In this document: positions 1-11,040 of the stretch, piece by piece
Layout of the letters: each line of letters begins with the position of its first letter
How positions within the stretch are numbered: position 1 is the stretch's first letter
Assembly (NCBI GenBank): GCA_030390025.1
Contig: CM059433.1
Span: 18,106,001-18,170,000, forward strand
DNA from: Squalus acanthias
Lineage: Eukaryota
Reading direction: 5' to 3'
DNA: 64,000 bases
Translations under genes and position numbers: made by a program
The notes under the pieces: generated by a model
Database searches by the model: none
Told to the model about the DNA's origin: nothing
The model's input: the letters and a program-made list of their open reading frames with translations, nothing else

Positions 1-1350
1 CAGCCTTCTCTGCTCTAAGGAAAACAACCCCAGCCTGTCCAGTCTCTCTTCATAGCTGAAGTGCTCCAGCCCAGGTAACATCCTGGTGAATCTCCTCTGC
101 ACCCTCTCCAATGCAATCACATCCTTCCTATAGTGTGGCGACCAGAACTACACACAGTATTCCAGCTGTGGCCTAACTAGTGTTTTGTACAGCTCCATCA
201 TAACCTCCCTGCTCTTATATTCTATGCCTCGGCTAATGAAGGCAAGTATCCCATATGCCTTTTTAACCACCTTATCTAACTGTCCTGCTGCCTTCAGGGA
301 TCTATGTACATGCACACCAAGGTCCCTCTGATCCTCTGTCCTTCCTAGGGTCCTTTGCCTTGTTAGTCCTCCCAAAATGCATCACCTCACACTTTTCAGG
401 GTTAAATTCCATTTGCCACTGTTCTGCCCATCTAACCAACCCTCCTCGCTATTTACCACTCCACCAATTTTCGTGTCATCTGCGAACTTACTGATCATAC
501 CTCCTACATTCATATCTAAATCATTAATGTACACTACAAACAGCAAAGGACCCAGCACCGATCCCTGCGGTACACCACTGGACACAGGCTTCCAGTCACA
601 AAAACAACCTTCGAGCATCACCCTCTGCCTCCTGTCACTAAGGCAATTTTGGATCCAATGTGCCAAGTTGCCCTGGATCCCATGGGCTCTTACCTTCTTG
701 ACCAGTCTCCCATGCGTGACTTTGTCAAAAGCCTTACTGAAGTCCATGTAGACTACATCAACTGCACTACCCTCATCCACACACCAAGTCACCCCCTCGA
801 AAAATTCAATCAAATTGGTTCGACATGATCTCCCCCTGACAAAGCCATGCTGACTATCCTTGATTAATCCTTGCCTCTCCAAGTGGAGACTAATTCTGTC
901 CCTCAGAATTTTTTCCAATAATTTCCCTACCACTGATGTTAGGCTCACTGGCCTATAATACCCTGGTTTATCCCTACTACCCTTCTTGAATAATGGTACT
1001 ACGTTACCTGTTCTCCAGTCCTCTGGCACCTCCCCTGTGGCCAGAGAGGTTCTGAAAATTTGTGTCAGAGCCCCTGCAATCTCCTGCCTTGCCTCACACA
1101 GCAGCCTGGGATGCATCTCGTCTGGGCCTGGGGATTTATCCACTTTTAAGCCCGTTAAAACCGCTCGTACCTCCTCCCTTTCAATACTAATTTGTTCAAG
1201 TATATCACAATCCCCCTGCCTGATTTCTATGCCTACATCATCCTTCTCCATAGTGAACACAGATGCAAAATATTCATTTAAAACCTTACCAACATCTTCT
1301 GGCTCTACTCACAGATTGCCACTTTGGTCCCTAATGGGCCCTACTCTTTC

Positions 1351-1482
1351 GATAGCAAAATACTGCAGATGCTGGAAATCCGAAATAACAACAGAAAACG
1401 CTGGAAAAACTCAGCAGGCCAGGCAGCATCCGTGGAGAGAGAAAGAGAGTTGACGTTTCAGGTCGATGACCTTTCATCAGAA
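1351..1482 (-). mobile_element. Penelope-derived mini-element (pLTR piece with minimal hammerhead ribozyme) inserted into the CR1
   Basis: 11-bp TSD cctactctttc at 1340-1350 and 1483-1493. Sequence matches the 3' repeat of the Penelope fragment at 17260-17395. Confidence 0.85.
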
Positions 1483-1483
1483 C
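1448..1483 (-). ncRNA. Minimal type I hammerhead ribozyme motif
   Basis: Minus strand reads GTT-CTGATGA-A-AGGTC-ATC-GACCT-GAAAC-GTC-AAC: core boxes CUGAUGA and GAAA, 5-bp stem II, GTT/AAC stem I, GUC cleavage triplet. Confidence 0.75.
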
Positions 1484-2145
1484 CTACTCTTTCCCTGGTT
1501 ATCCTCTTGCCCTTAATATACTTATAAAACACCTTGGGATTTTCCTTTATTTTGCTCGCCAGTGTTTTTTCACGCCCCCTCTTTGCTCTCCTAATTTCTT
1601 TTTTAAGTACCCCCCTACACTTTCTATACTCCTCTAGGGCTTCCACTGTTTTTAGTCCTTTGTATCTGCCAAAAGCCTCCCTTTTTTTCCTAATCCATTC
1701 TCGTATATCCCTTGACATCCAGGGTTCCCTGGGCTTGTTGGTCCCACCCTTGACTTTTACAGGAACATGTTGGCGTTGTACTCTCTCTATTTCCTTTCTG
1801 AAAGACTCCCACTGCTCTGATGTGGATTTTCCTGCAAGTAGCTGATCCAGTCCACTTTGGCTAGATCCTGCCTTATCATATTAAAATCGGCCTTCCCCCA
1901 ATTTCGAACCTTTATTTCTGGTCCATCTTTGTCCTTTTCTATGACTACCTTAAATCTCACCGAATTATGGTCACTGTCACCAAAATGCTCTCCGACTGAC
2001 ACTTCTACCACTTGCCCGGCTACATTCCCTAGAATTAGGTCCAGTACCGCCCCCTCTCTTGTAGGACTTTCTACATGCTGGCTCAAAAAACTCTCCTGGA
2101 TGCACTTTAAGAATTCCGCACCCTCTAAGCCTTTCGCACTCTGAC

Positions 2146-2864
2146 AGTTTGAGCGCTAAATCGAGTGCTACACACCTCTCTTAAGGCGCAAACGTCAGGG
2201 AGCGAGGCGCTACCTCAGAACGCTACCGAAGTTCAGGCGATGTCAGTTACCATGGAAGCCAGACAGACTGACGCCGTCCAGTTCTTAAAGGGGAGGGGCC
2301 ATCTTGCTGGCCAGCCACACCCTGCTCATTGCAGCCTTGAATCTCGGCCTGGAGAGACCTCTAAAGCAATTGTGTTGGAAGCACTAATGCAGAGGCTCAC
2401 GGAAAGAGCTCGGCGCTTAGGAACCTCAAAAGTGCTGCTGAGGACCAAAACCCCTTAGGGCAGCGTTAAAGCTCTCCAGATGTCTCTCTCCCTCTCATCC
2501 TGCGTGTAAGAAATTTTGCCGACAAGAAAAAGCAGGAAGCGCCCGCCTTTAAATAGCGCTCCCCCAGCCCCTTCCCGACTTGAAAACGTCCCCCTCTACC
2601 TGTCGTTCCTAGCGGCAAGCGCTAAGGCAGGGGGCGCCACTCAATTTCCAGTCCGGGGCACTACCGGGGCATTGCACGCTCGACTGATGTCATGATCTGT
2701 GGGCGCAGGAGATTGTGGCAATAGTGTTTAGCACCGCGCAAAACAATAGGTCAATTTTGCGAGCGGCGCGAAAATCGTCACGCTCAGGCACTAAGTTCCT
2801 AATGCCCCATCAGCATCCCCCGGAGGCGCTAACAGGAGGCGCTAATGAACCAAATATTTGCCCC
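2146..2864 (-). mobile_element. Terminal fragment of a Harbinger-family element related to the 35.8-41.3 kb element
   Basis: Reverse complement of 2810-2864 (ggggcaaatatttggttcattagcgcctcctgttagcgcc) resembles the left end at 35797. Rich in gcgcta/tagcgc motifs. Confidence 0.6.
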
Positions 2865-2924
2865 TATGTGTTCTAATCCTAATAACCCTTTTAGCTCAAT
2901 ATTATCCAACTAGTTTATTTATTA

Positions 2925-3624
2925 CCATCGCCAAATCCCCCACCATCAACATCCTGGGGATCACCATTGACCAGAAACTTAACAGGACCAGCCACATAAA
3001 TAATGTGGCAACAAGAGCAGGTCAGAGGCTGGGTATTCTGTGGCGAGTGTCTCACCTCCTGACTCCCCAAAGCCTTTCCACCATCTACAAGGCACAAGTA
3101 AGGAGAGTGATGGAATACTCTCCACTTGCCTGGATGACTGCAGCTCCAACAACACTCAAGACACTCGACACCATCCAGGACAAAGCAGCCCGCTTGATTG
3201 GCACCCCATCCACCACCTTAAACATTCACTCCCTCCATCACCAGCGTACCGTGGCTGCATTGTGTACCATCTACAAGATGCACTGCAGCAACTCACCAAG
3301 GCTTCTTCGGCAGCACCTCCGAAACCCACAACCTCTACCACCTAGAAGGACAAGGGCAGCAGGCACATGGGAACACCATCACCTCCAAGTTCCCCTCCAA
3401 GTCACACGTCATCCTGACTTGGAAGTATATCGCCGATCCTTCATCGTCGCTGGGTCAAAATCCTGGAACTGCCTCCCTAACAGCACTGTGGGAGTACCTT
3501 CACCACACGGACTGCAGCGGTTCAAGAAGGCGGCTCACAACCACCTTCTCGAGGGCAATTAGGGATGGGCAATAAATGCTGGCCTTGCCAGCGACGCCCA
3601 CATCCATGAACGAATAAAAAAAAA
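2925..3624 (+). mobile_element. 3' end of a CR1/L2-group LINE (RT C-terminal region, 3' UTR, A-tail)
   Basis: ORF 2858-3562 (ILGITIDQKL, YKAQVRRVMEYS, SKSWNCLP) ends in aataaa plus an A-run. Related pieces at 4710-4870(-), 31139-31460(+) and 57240-57480(-). Confidence 0.85.
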
Positions 3625-3696
3625 TGTAATAATCTATATGTGCCTATCCTTACAGTACAATGTCTCCAGCCCTGCAATTCATCCTTCTCCAATATT

Positions 3697-4419
3697 GACC
3701 CGGATTTTACGGGGCCAATGACCACGTACACACAGTGTACACCATCATAAGTGCCCCGCAGGTTCCGGGTTTCCGCATGTGATGCGCGAAAACCCGGAAC
3801 TTGTGATCTGTCAAGTTTTTCCTTGACACTTCGTACGCATCCACTGTAAATTCACTTTCTGGTGCAGAGTTGGGCTATTTGCCTGGTAAAAGCAGGCACA
3901 TGGTCATCTTTTACCAGCGTAAGGGCTTAAATAAATGCTAAAATAAATTTTTTTAAATGATTTAAACATTCACTTACATTTAAAATTAGTTTTGGCCAAT
4001 TTGGTCCCGGTTAAAAATGTTTAAATTTGTTTTACAAAAAATTAAATTTTTATCTTAAATGTTTAATTAAATGGCATTTTAATTAATTTTGACCATGTGA
4101 TAATTTATTTTTATTTCAGTGTTGTGATTGTGTATTTTAGGGGATTCCTATTATGCTTATGGGGATTCTGTACGTAAATGGAATCCCCATAAGCGTAATA
4201 GGAATCCCACTTTGTCATTGGTTGGCCCGGCCCACATGATCCCAGGGACGCTTGCGAACTGCCTGCGCCCCTGGGATACGTGGGCCTCTACGCAGGCGTA
4301 CGCCTGCAGGCCCAGGACCGCAAGAGTCCGAAGCTCCGGAGCGATCAGGTAAGTACGGAGTTTTCTTGGGGTTCAGAGCCATACGCGGCCGTCAAGCCTC
4401 CGACCGCAATTTCCAGGCC
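3697..4419 (+). mobile_element. Harbinger-type MITE, family A, copy 1
   Basis: Imperfect TIRs gacccggatttt / aatttccaggcc, TSD att/att, AT-rich core, GC-rich hairpin arms. Confidence 0.8.
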
Positions 4420-4944
4420 ATTATCAGCGTCATTGAGGGGAAAAGACAGATTTGTGAGAACACAGTTTAAACCAATTCTGCCTACATTACTTGTTCTGTC
4501 TTTGTTCTGTATTAGAATAATGTAAAAACATATCTATATTCTTACACTCTTCAATCCAGTAGCTCCACTAATTCCCAAGAAGTTGGTTCTTTGAAATGGT
4601 TCATCCCTTCCTTATATGTAGCAGTTCACTTGGCGAGCTAATCATTATTTAACTCTGCAATGTTTTAGACTATGAAACAAATCTCTTTGCACCCCAGTTG
4701 TGGTGTTTTTAATTCATTCTCGGGATATGGGAATTGCTAGCAAGGCCAGCATCTGTTTTCTTTGAGAAGGTAGTGATGAACTTTCTTCTTGAACCACTGT
4801 AGTCCGTGTGGTGAAGATGCTCCCACAGTGGTGTTAGGTAGGAAGTTCCAGGATTTTAGCCCTGAAGGAATGACATTATCCACTGTCTTACTGTGCCCCC
4901 AGCAGTCACGAGGGCTGATTTCACATAACAACTATCCTTGGTGA

Positions 4945-5412
4945 AGCCATGGCTCAGTGGGTAGCACCCTTGCCTCTCAGTCAGTAATGGTTGTGGGTTC
5001 AAGTCCCACTCCAGAGACTTGAGCACAAAAATCTAAGCTGACACTCCAGTGCGGTACTGAGGGAGTGCTGCACTGTTGGAGGTGCTGTCTTTCAGATGAG
5101 ATGTTAAACTGAGGCCCCGTCTGCCCTCTCAGGTGGATTTAAATGATCCCATGGCACTATTTCAAAGAAATGCAGGGGAGTTTTCCCCAGTGTCCTGGCC
5201 AATATTTATCCCTCAATCAACATCACTAAAAAACAGATTATCTGGTCATTATCACATTGCTGCTTGTGGGAGCTTGCTGTGCGCAAATTGGCTGTCGCGT
5301 TTCCCACATTACAACAGTGACTACACTTCAAAAGTACTTCATTGGCTGTAAAGCACTTTGGGACGTCCAGTGGTCATGAAAGGCGCTACATAAATGCAAG
5401 TCTTTCTTTTCT
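4945..5412 (+). mobile_element. tRNA-derived DeuSINE (SacSINE1-like), full length
   Basis: A box tggctcagtgg and B box gttcaagtc, Deu-like domain (attgctgcttgtgggagcttgctgtgcgcaaattggctg), tail aggcgctacataaatgcaagtcttt. Confidence 0.85.
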
Positions 5413-6202
5413 TTGGTAGATAACATAGAAGTGCTTAAACTGGGAGAATTTAGAACTGGTTGAGTGTGCAGCAGGATTTACTTGATAATGTTTCTCAGCT
5501 CAGGTTGGAATCATGGTCGAACTGAATCAATAAAACCCCTGGGGTGCCCTGTGGTCGACATCACTGAAACAAAGTGAGTGCATTTCTATCGGAGGGAAAA
5601 AAATAAGTAAATGTTTTTGTATATTATTAAATATGCATCTGAAGAAAACCATGAGGACAGATGTCTCATCAACTCAGCCCTAGGCCGCGATTTTGCCGGC
5701 ACTCAGAGGGCGGGTTTGGAGACGAGTCCAGAGGTAAAATCAAAATGATTGATGGCAGGTTGCGAACCCGCTGCCATCCCGCCTCCACGTAACTTTACAG
5801 AGTGTCGGGTCTGCGACTTCCGATCAGACCTGACACCAAGCGGTGGGAGAGCCGCTTAAGGCAGTTAACAGCTTGTTAACTGCCTAGATAATTCGATTTG
5901 CAACATTTTCAGTGTGTTCCACGTCATTCGACAAACACGCCAGCTGATTGTGTCAGGTATAGCAACAAGCTGAATAGTTGACAGCTGCAACTGCAGCATA
6001 AAAGCTGACCTGCAACATGAGTTCACTTTCAGATGGCAGAACTTTCTGTTTTGAGGATTTGGAACACATTTTGCAGCTCTATTGAGGTTGTAAGTGTTTA
6101 ATCTGAGATCCATATGCACTGTGACCTCCTTGGAAAACCCTCTCCCAACATTGACTGAGCGCTTAGAACATCTCTTCCTCAACTGAGATATATACCAGCG
6201 GA

Positions 6203-7404
6203 ATGGGAACCATTTATACCCTCTCATCCTGGTCCTCAGATTCGGAGGAAGAGCAGCCGCGGCAGCAGCAGAACCGGGCACAACATCAGCAGCACCAGCA
6301 GGAGCGCCAACCTTCTCCTCAGCCACCTGATGCTGCACAGGGCAGAAGGCGTCAGCGGCAGGGCTGCACCGTGCCGCAGGAGATACCCCCAACACAGGGT
6401 TTTCAGGCCGAGGATGAGCTTCCTCACCATCAGTGAGCAGCAGTGCCAAAGGAGGCTGAGACTTTCGCAATGCTGCACCAGCACCTGGAGCCCAGAGGAG
6501 CGGGTGGACACCCCTTACCAGTGGCTGTCAAAGTCACCACCGCACTCAACTTCTTTACTTCAGGGTCCTTCCAGGGATCAGCAGCAGACATCAGCGGCAT
6601 TTTCCAGTCGGCCGCACACAGTTGCATCATGCAGGTTACCGATGCCCTCTTTGCCAAGTCACACAATTACATCCGCTTCTCCAAGGATGAAGCTAGTGTA
6701 ACCGCGCGTACGGTTTGCTTTGCAAATCTGGCAGGCTTCCCAAGGGTCGTAGACTGCACACATGTGGCCATTAGGGCACCTCATCACAACCCAGCTGTAT
6801 TTGTGAACCGCAAGGGCTTCCACTCCTTAACGTCCAGCTGGTGTGAAACCACAGGAAGAACATTATGCATGTTTGCACCAAGTTCCCTGGCAGTTGCCAT
6901 GACTCGTTCATCCTGCGGCAGTCCACTGTGCCTCAGCTGTTCAATCCACCAACCCAACTTTCCGGATGACTCCTTGGAGACAAGGGCTATCCCCTGAAGA
7001 TGTGACTAATGACACTGATGAGGAAGCCATCAAACGAAGCTGAGGAGCGCTACAAAGTGAGCCACATTTCCACCAGAAGCATCATAGAGCAAACCATCGG
7101 CTTGCTGAAAATGCGCTTCAGATGCCTCGACAGATCTGGTGGAGCCCTACAGTACTCACCAGCCAGGGTGTCCAGAATCATTGTACTCTGCTGTGCACTG
7201 CACAACATCACACAGCAGCGTGGCTTACCACTGCCTGAGGCACAAGTGGCTCAGCACACAGCCTCCTCCTCAGAGGAGGAGGAGCCGAAAGAGGCGGCAG
7301 ATGAGGAAGACCTTGTGGAGGCAGCTGTGCCAGTGCCACCAGCACGCGAGCACATTGCTGGCCGTGAGGCAAGGGATGCACTAATCCATGCCAGATTCGT
7401 GTAA
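6203..7404 (+). pseudogene. HARBI1-like DDE transposase, frameshifted
   Basis: Motifs [54 protein letters not shown] and CCALHN, spread over several frames. Confidence 0.92.
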
Positions 7405-7699
7405 CTTTACGCAGCAAACACATGTGGCTGGCACGTGGATATGAGTGTTTACACGACCTTCGTTACGCACATGCAGCATCTGTACAATAAACTGTGGTTT
7501 CCTATCACTCTCCCCACCATCACTGCAGATGAAAGGCGCCCTGACTCCTCACTGTGCAACTTCCATTTCTGAGCACACATAGACCAACTCTTTGAATCTT
7601 TGACATCACATTTCTTTAATACAATTGAAATCACAATGAAAAACTTAACTTTGTATTATATCAAACACCCAAGTGACTACCCTTGTGACTACTTGTGTG

Positions 7700-9567
7700 T
7701 TAACTTCCTATTATGCGTGCTTCTACGTGGTGCTTCCCATGTGGTTCAGCAGATGTAGAGGCAGCTTGCTCACTTCTATGCTGCGCCTGCTTAGATGCCT
7801 TTAGCGGACGTCCTCTGGGTTTGGCAGCCTGGGAGGGCTCCGCAAAAGTCTGCTCCTCCTGCGGCTGTGCAGGGGCTGAGACGGCCATCTCAGTTGGCTG
7901 AGGAATCTGGGGCTCTGACCGAGGGCTCCGCAGTGGCATAGTAGTGTGAGCCCTTGGAGAGGAGCCCACACTTTCTGGTTGTCGATCACCAACATCCCTC
8001 TCATGGGTCACCCGCACTTCACTGCTAGCGAGTGGCTGCAGAGCACCTTGCTGCACATCAGTGGGGCCATCAGGACCCATTTCTGTGCTGACTTTCCTCA
8101 TAACAAGGATGTCCAAGAACCTTTGGTTTCTCTCCTCATGGCCATCTATTTAGAAGTGTTGCCATGTTCTGCTGTGTATGGCGATTTATGTCCCCCATGG
8201 AGGTTGCCATCGTTTCCATGGCGGCACCTACATTCGCCATTGCGTGCACCACGGCATTGCTCATGTTTGACATGGACACCTCCATTCTCTGCACACTCAC
8301 AGTTAGCATGGTTGCAAACCCTGTCAGAGACTCCTGCACTTGTTCCTGGAGTTCCAGCACCGCTCTCTTTCTGGATGGTCCCAGAGGCACAGCGTCCACA
8401 TGCAGCTGAGCAGAGCTAGGAGCGTCCTGCGACCTCCGACGAGGACTCTCCACTGCTGTCCCTGTCTCCGCCATCTGCTGATGCTCACTTGTGAGCTGTG
8501 ATACACCAGGTGACAACACTACTCTATCTCGCGAAGGTCCCACCGAGGTGTGAGTGTCTGCACTGGTGCTGGGTGCGCTGGGTCCTGGTGACGCTGCTCC
8601 CTCAGAGGCAGCAGCTTCTCTGAGGAGTCTTCCAGCTCTTCCTCCTGACAGTGGGGAGGGGGGCTCTCGATGGTCCTGTGAGGGAGTAAAGGCATGAGTT
8701 AGACATGTGATATTTATGTAGCAGACACATCCTATTGTGCAGATGATCAGAACTCAATCTGTATGAACATCAGATGCCATATTAGTCACTTATGAAATCT
8801 AAATGAGAGGGTTGCAAATCTATTCTGTCAACAGCTTGCTCTACTGTGTCCGTATCTCCGTCTCCACACTTTCAGCTCCTCTGCACCTCCGACGCTCTCG
8901 ATAGCAGCCTCCTCAGTGTTGTTTAAATACGCCATGGAAGGTGGGCCTCCTCCTGTCCTCCCCCTCTCCCTCTTATTGTGGGCTCTCTTTTCCTGCAATG
9001 AGGGACACAAGTGGAGTTTGAGCAAGAATGTTGGAGTGAGTGTAGAGAATCCATAGCATAGATGCTTAAAGGGAGACAAATATGGAGTGAGGTGCCAATA
9101 CCAAGGGCCCTCCGTGTGCGTTGTTAGTTGATGTCATTGCATAACAGTGAGAGCGAGTGTGAGGGGTGCATAGTAGAATGGTGAAGTGATTCTGTACATA
9201 GAGAGAGAGGGATGGTTAAGGGTGCAAGGGATGTAAGGGTAAGTGCAGGAGTAGGTTGACAATGCAGAGTGCTGGTGATGAGAAGAGATGGGGAGCAGAT
9301 TGAAGGTAAGTGTGATGTTATATTCACTTTTGCTGAGCGTAGCAGGTCATTGAACCTTTTGCGGCACTGCACCCAGGTGCTTGCACACAAAGACCTGGCG
9401 CTCACCTCCTCAGAAATTTGCAGCCAGGCTGCCTTGGTTTGCTGAGGAGGCTTCCTCCGTCCATTGGAGGGGAACAGGACCTCCTTGCGCCCTCTTACTC
9501 CCTGCACAAGAGCATGGAGGGGGGAGTCATCAAACCAGGGAGAAGCCTTGGTTCTTGCAGCAGTCAT
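7700..9567 (-). pseudogene. Harbinger partner gene: Myb/SANT-like (NAIF1/MSANTD-type) DNA-binding protein, 3 exons
   Basis: Exon 1 is 9567-9328 (RKEVLF...KAAWLQISEEV...QCRKRFNDLLR, gtga donor). Exon 2 starts at 8992 (cag|EKRAHNKRERGRTGGG). Exon 3 starts at 8675 and contains a Met-rich helical region. Confidence 0.8.
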
Positions 9568-10044
9568 CTCGCAAACAATACCACTGAGGAGAATCAGAAA
9601 GTTACTAAAGCCCAAAGGCTGCATGGGCCCCTTAAATGCAGCTGAATCGAAGACATCAGCAGAGGCGCGCAGCAGACCCGAGCCCACTGATTGGGCCGGG
9701 TAACGCGCACGGCAGGCTTAATAAGCCCAGTTAAATGAAAATCGTTATTTCAGTGCGGCTGAAACCGGCAGCGGGACCGGAACCTGCCGAACAGCGATCC
9801 CGACGCAAACCCGCCTCCGCTGGGAAAATCCAGCCTCTGGTGTTTGCTGTGAGCACAGTAAGGCTTGGGAAAATAATTCATGGGAACTAAGGGGCAACAG
9901 ATTTTCATAGGCTGAAGCAACCCTGGTTTGATAAGTCATCATTAACTCAGTAGTTAACTAGAAGATACAGTTCACTTCCGAGATTGGTTTTCTCTGCATC
10001 TCCCAAATAAAGCTACAGTATTCTACTATTAGGTTCAGCTACCG

Positions 10045-10813
10045 GGGGGGGGGGGGATTTTAACCCAAAAAACGGTTGGATTCGTGTGGGAAGTTAAAGT
10101 GTTAAAAATCTGAATCCCGACCAGAATCCGTCCCCAACACGCTCCCTTCCGGTTTTAACGGAGGCAGGATGGGGGGGCGTAAAGTGCCTTTACACGTCCT
10201 TCCTGGATTCAGCGTCCCCGCTTCACCAACCCCCACGCAATCGGAGACCGCCCCACGAGGCCTCCAATCCACCTCCCCCCCTCCCCCCGCAGACCTCCGA
10301 TGATCTTCCTGGCCTCCCCCTCACCCCCGATGTTCCTCCGGTCCCCCAATGTCCTCTGCCTCTCCCATGCTCCTTCGGCCCTCCGTTGTGCTCCCGGCAG
10401 CACCACCCCCCCCCCCACCCCCCAATCATGCTCCTACAACCCCCCGATGTGCTCCCGGCCCTTCAATGTGCTCCCGGCCCTTCAATGTGCTCCTCCTGTC
10501 CCTCGATGTGCTCCCAGTCCTCTGATCATGTTCCTCCAGCCTCCCCATGTTCCTACTGCACCCCCCCCCCACTCCAACCATCCCCTGGCCCCCACTCGAT
10601 CCCTTCCTTCCTCCTCTCTGCAGCCTAATGCCGCAGGCCTACCTGCCCGCAGCCAGCCAGCCTCTCAAACTGGCTGGCTGCAGGTGGGAAACAGAGGTTT
10701 TAAATGCAAATCTAACCCTGTCATTAAATGCAGCAGGGCCCGCGGGAAACCCGTTCTCCCAGGTTTCCAGAACGCTTCTGAGACACCCCGTCAAAGTATT
10801 ATAATTCAGGCCT
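10045..10813. mobile_element. Probable Harbinger-type MITE with an internal C-rich tandem repeat
   Basis: Ends ggggatttt... / ...aattcaggcc. Degenerate ~20-bp units (ccccgatgttcctcc) at about 10290-10570. Confidence 0.5.
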
Positions 10814-11040
10814 AGGTGTCAGCTGAGGCTCAGTGGGTAGCACTCTTACTTCTGAGTCAGCAGATGGTTGGTTCAAGTCCTACTCCAGAGTTGAGCACAT
10901 AATCTAGGCTGACACTGCAGTGCAGTACTGAGGGAGCGCTGCACTGTCGTAGGTGCCATCTTTTCGACAAGATGTTAAACTGAGGCCCCGTCTGCTCCCT
11001 CAGGTGGACGTAAAAGATCCCATGGCACTATTTCGAAGAA

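Larger units (their letters stand above)
1..2145 (-). mobile_element. CR1-clade LINE ORF2 fragment (APE endonuclease C-terminus plus reverse transcriptase), frameshifted
   Basis: ORFs 1787-2086 (PTREGAVLDLIL, GDSDHN), 382-1260 ([45 protein letters not shown]) and 148-375 (LYKTLVRPQLEYCV). Interrupted at 1351-1482. Confidence 0.95.
5682..9836 (+). mobile_element. Autonomous-type PIF/Harbinger transposon 1 (decayed)
   Basis: Imperfect TIRs aggccgcgatttt...ggcgggtttg / caaacccgcc...aaaatccagcct enclosing convergent transposase and Myb/SANT-like genes. No exact TSD found. Confidence 0.85.

Noticed and set aside
377..751. Plus-strand ORFs over CR1, SINE and Harbinger elements
   Set aside because: Antisense shadows of transposon coding sequence or chance ORFs in GC-rich repeats.
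4945..5020. tRNA genes at SINE heads
   Set aside because: The A/B boxes run into SINE bodies and do not form complete cloverleaves.
6203..7404. Host HARBI1 gene
   Set aside because: Frameshifted, present in three copies, inside TIR-bounded elements with a convergent Myb-like gene. These are transposons, not the domesticated gene.
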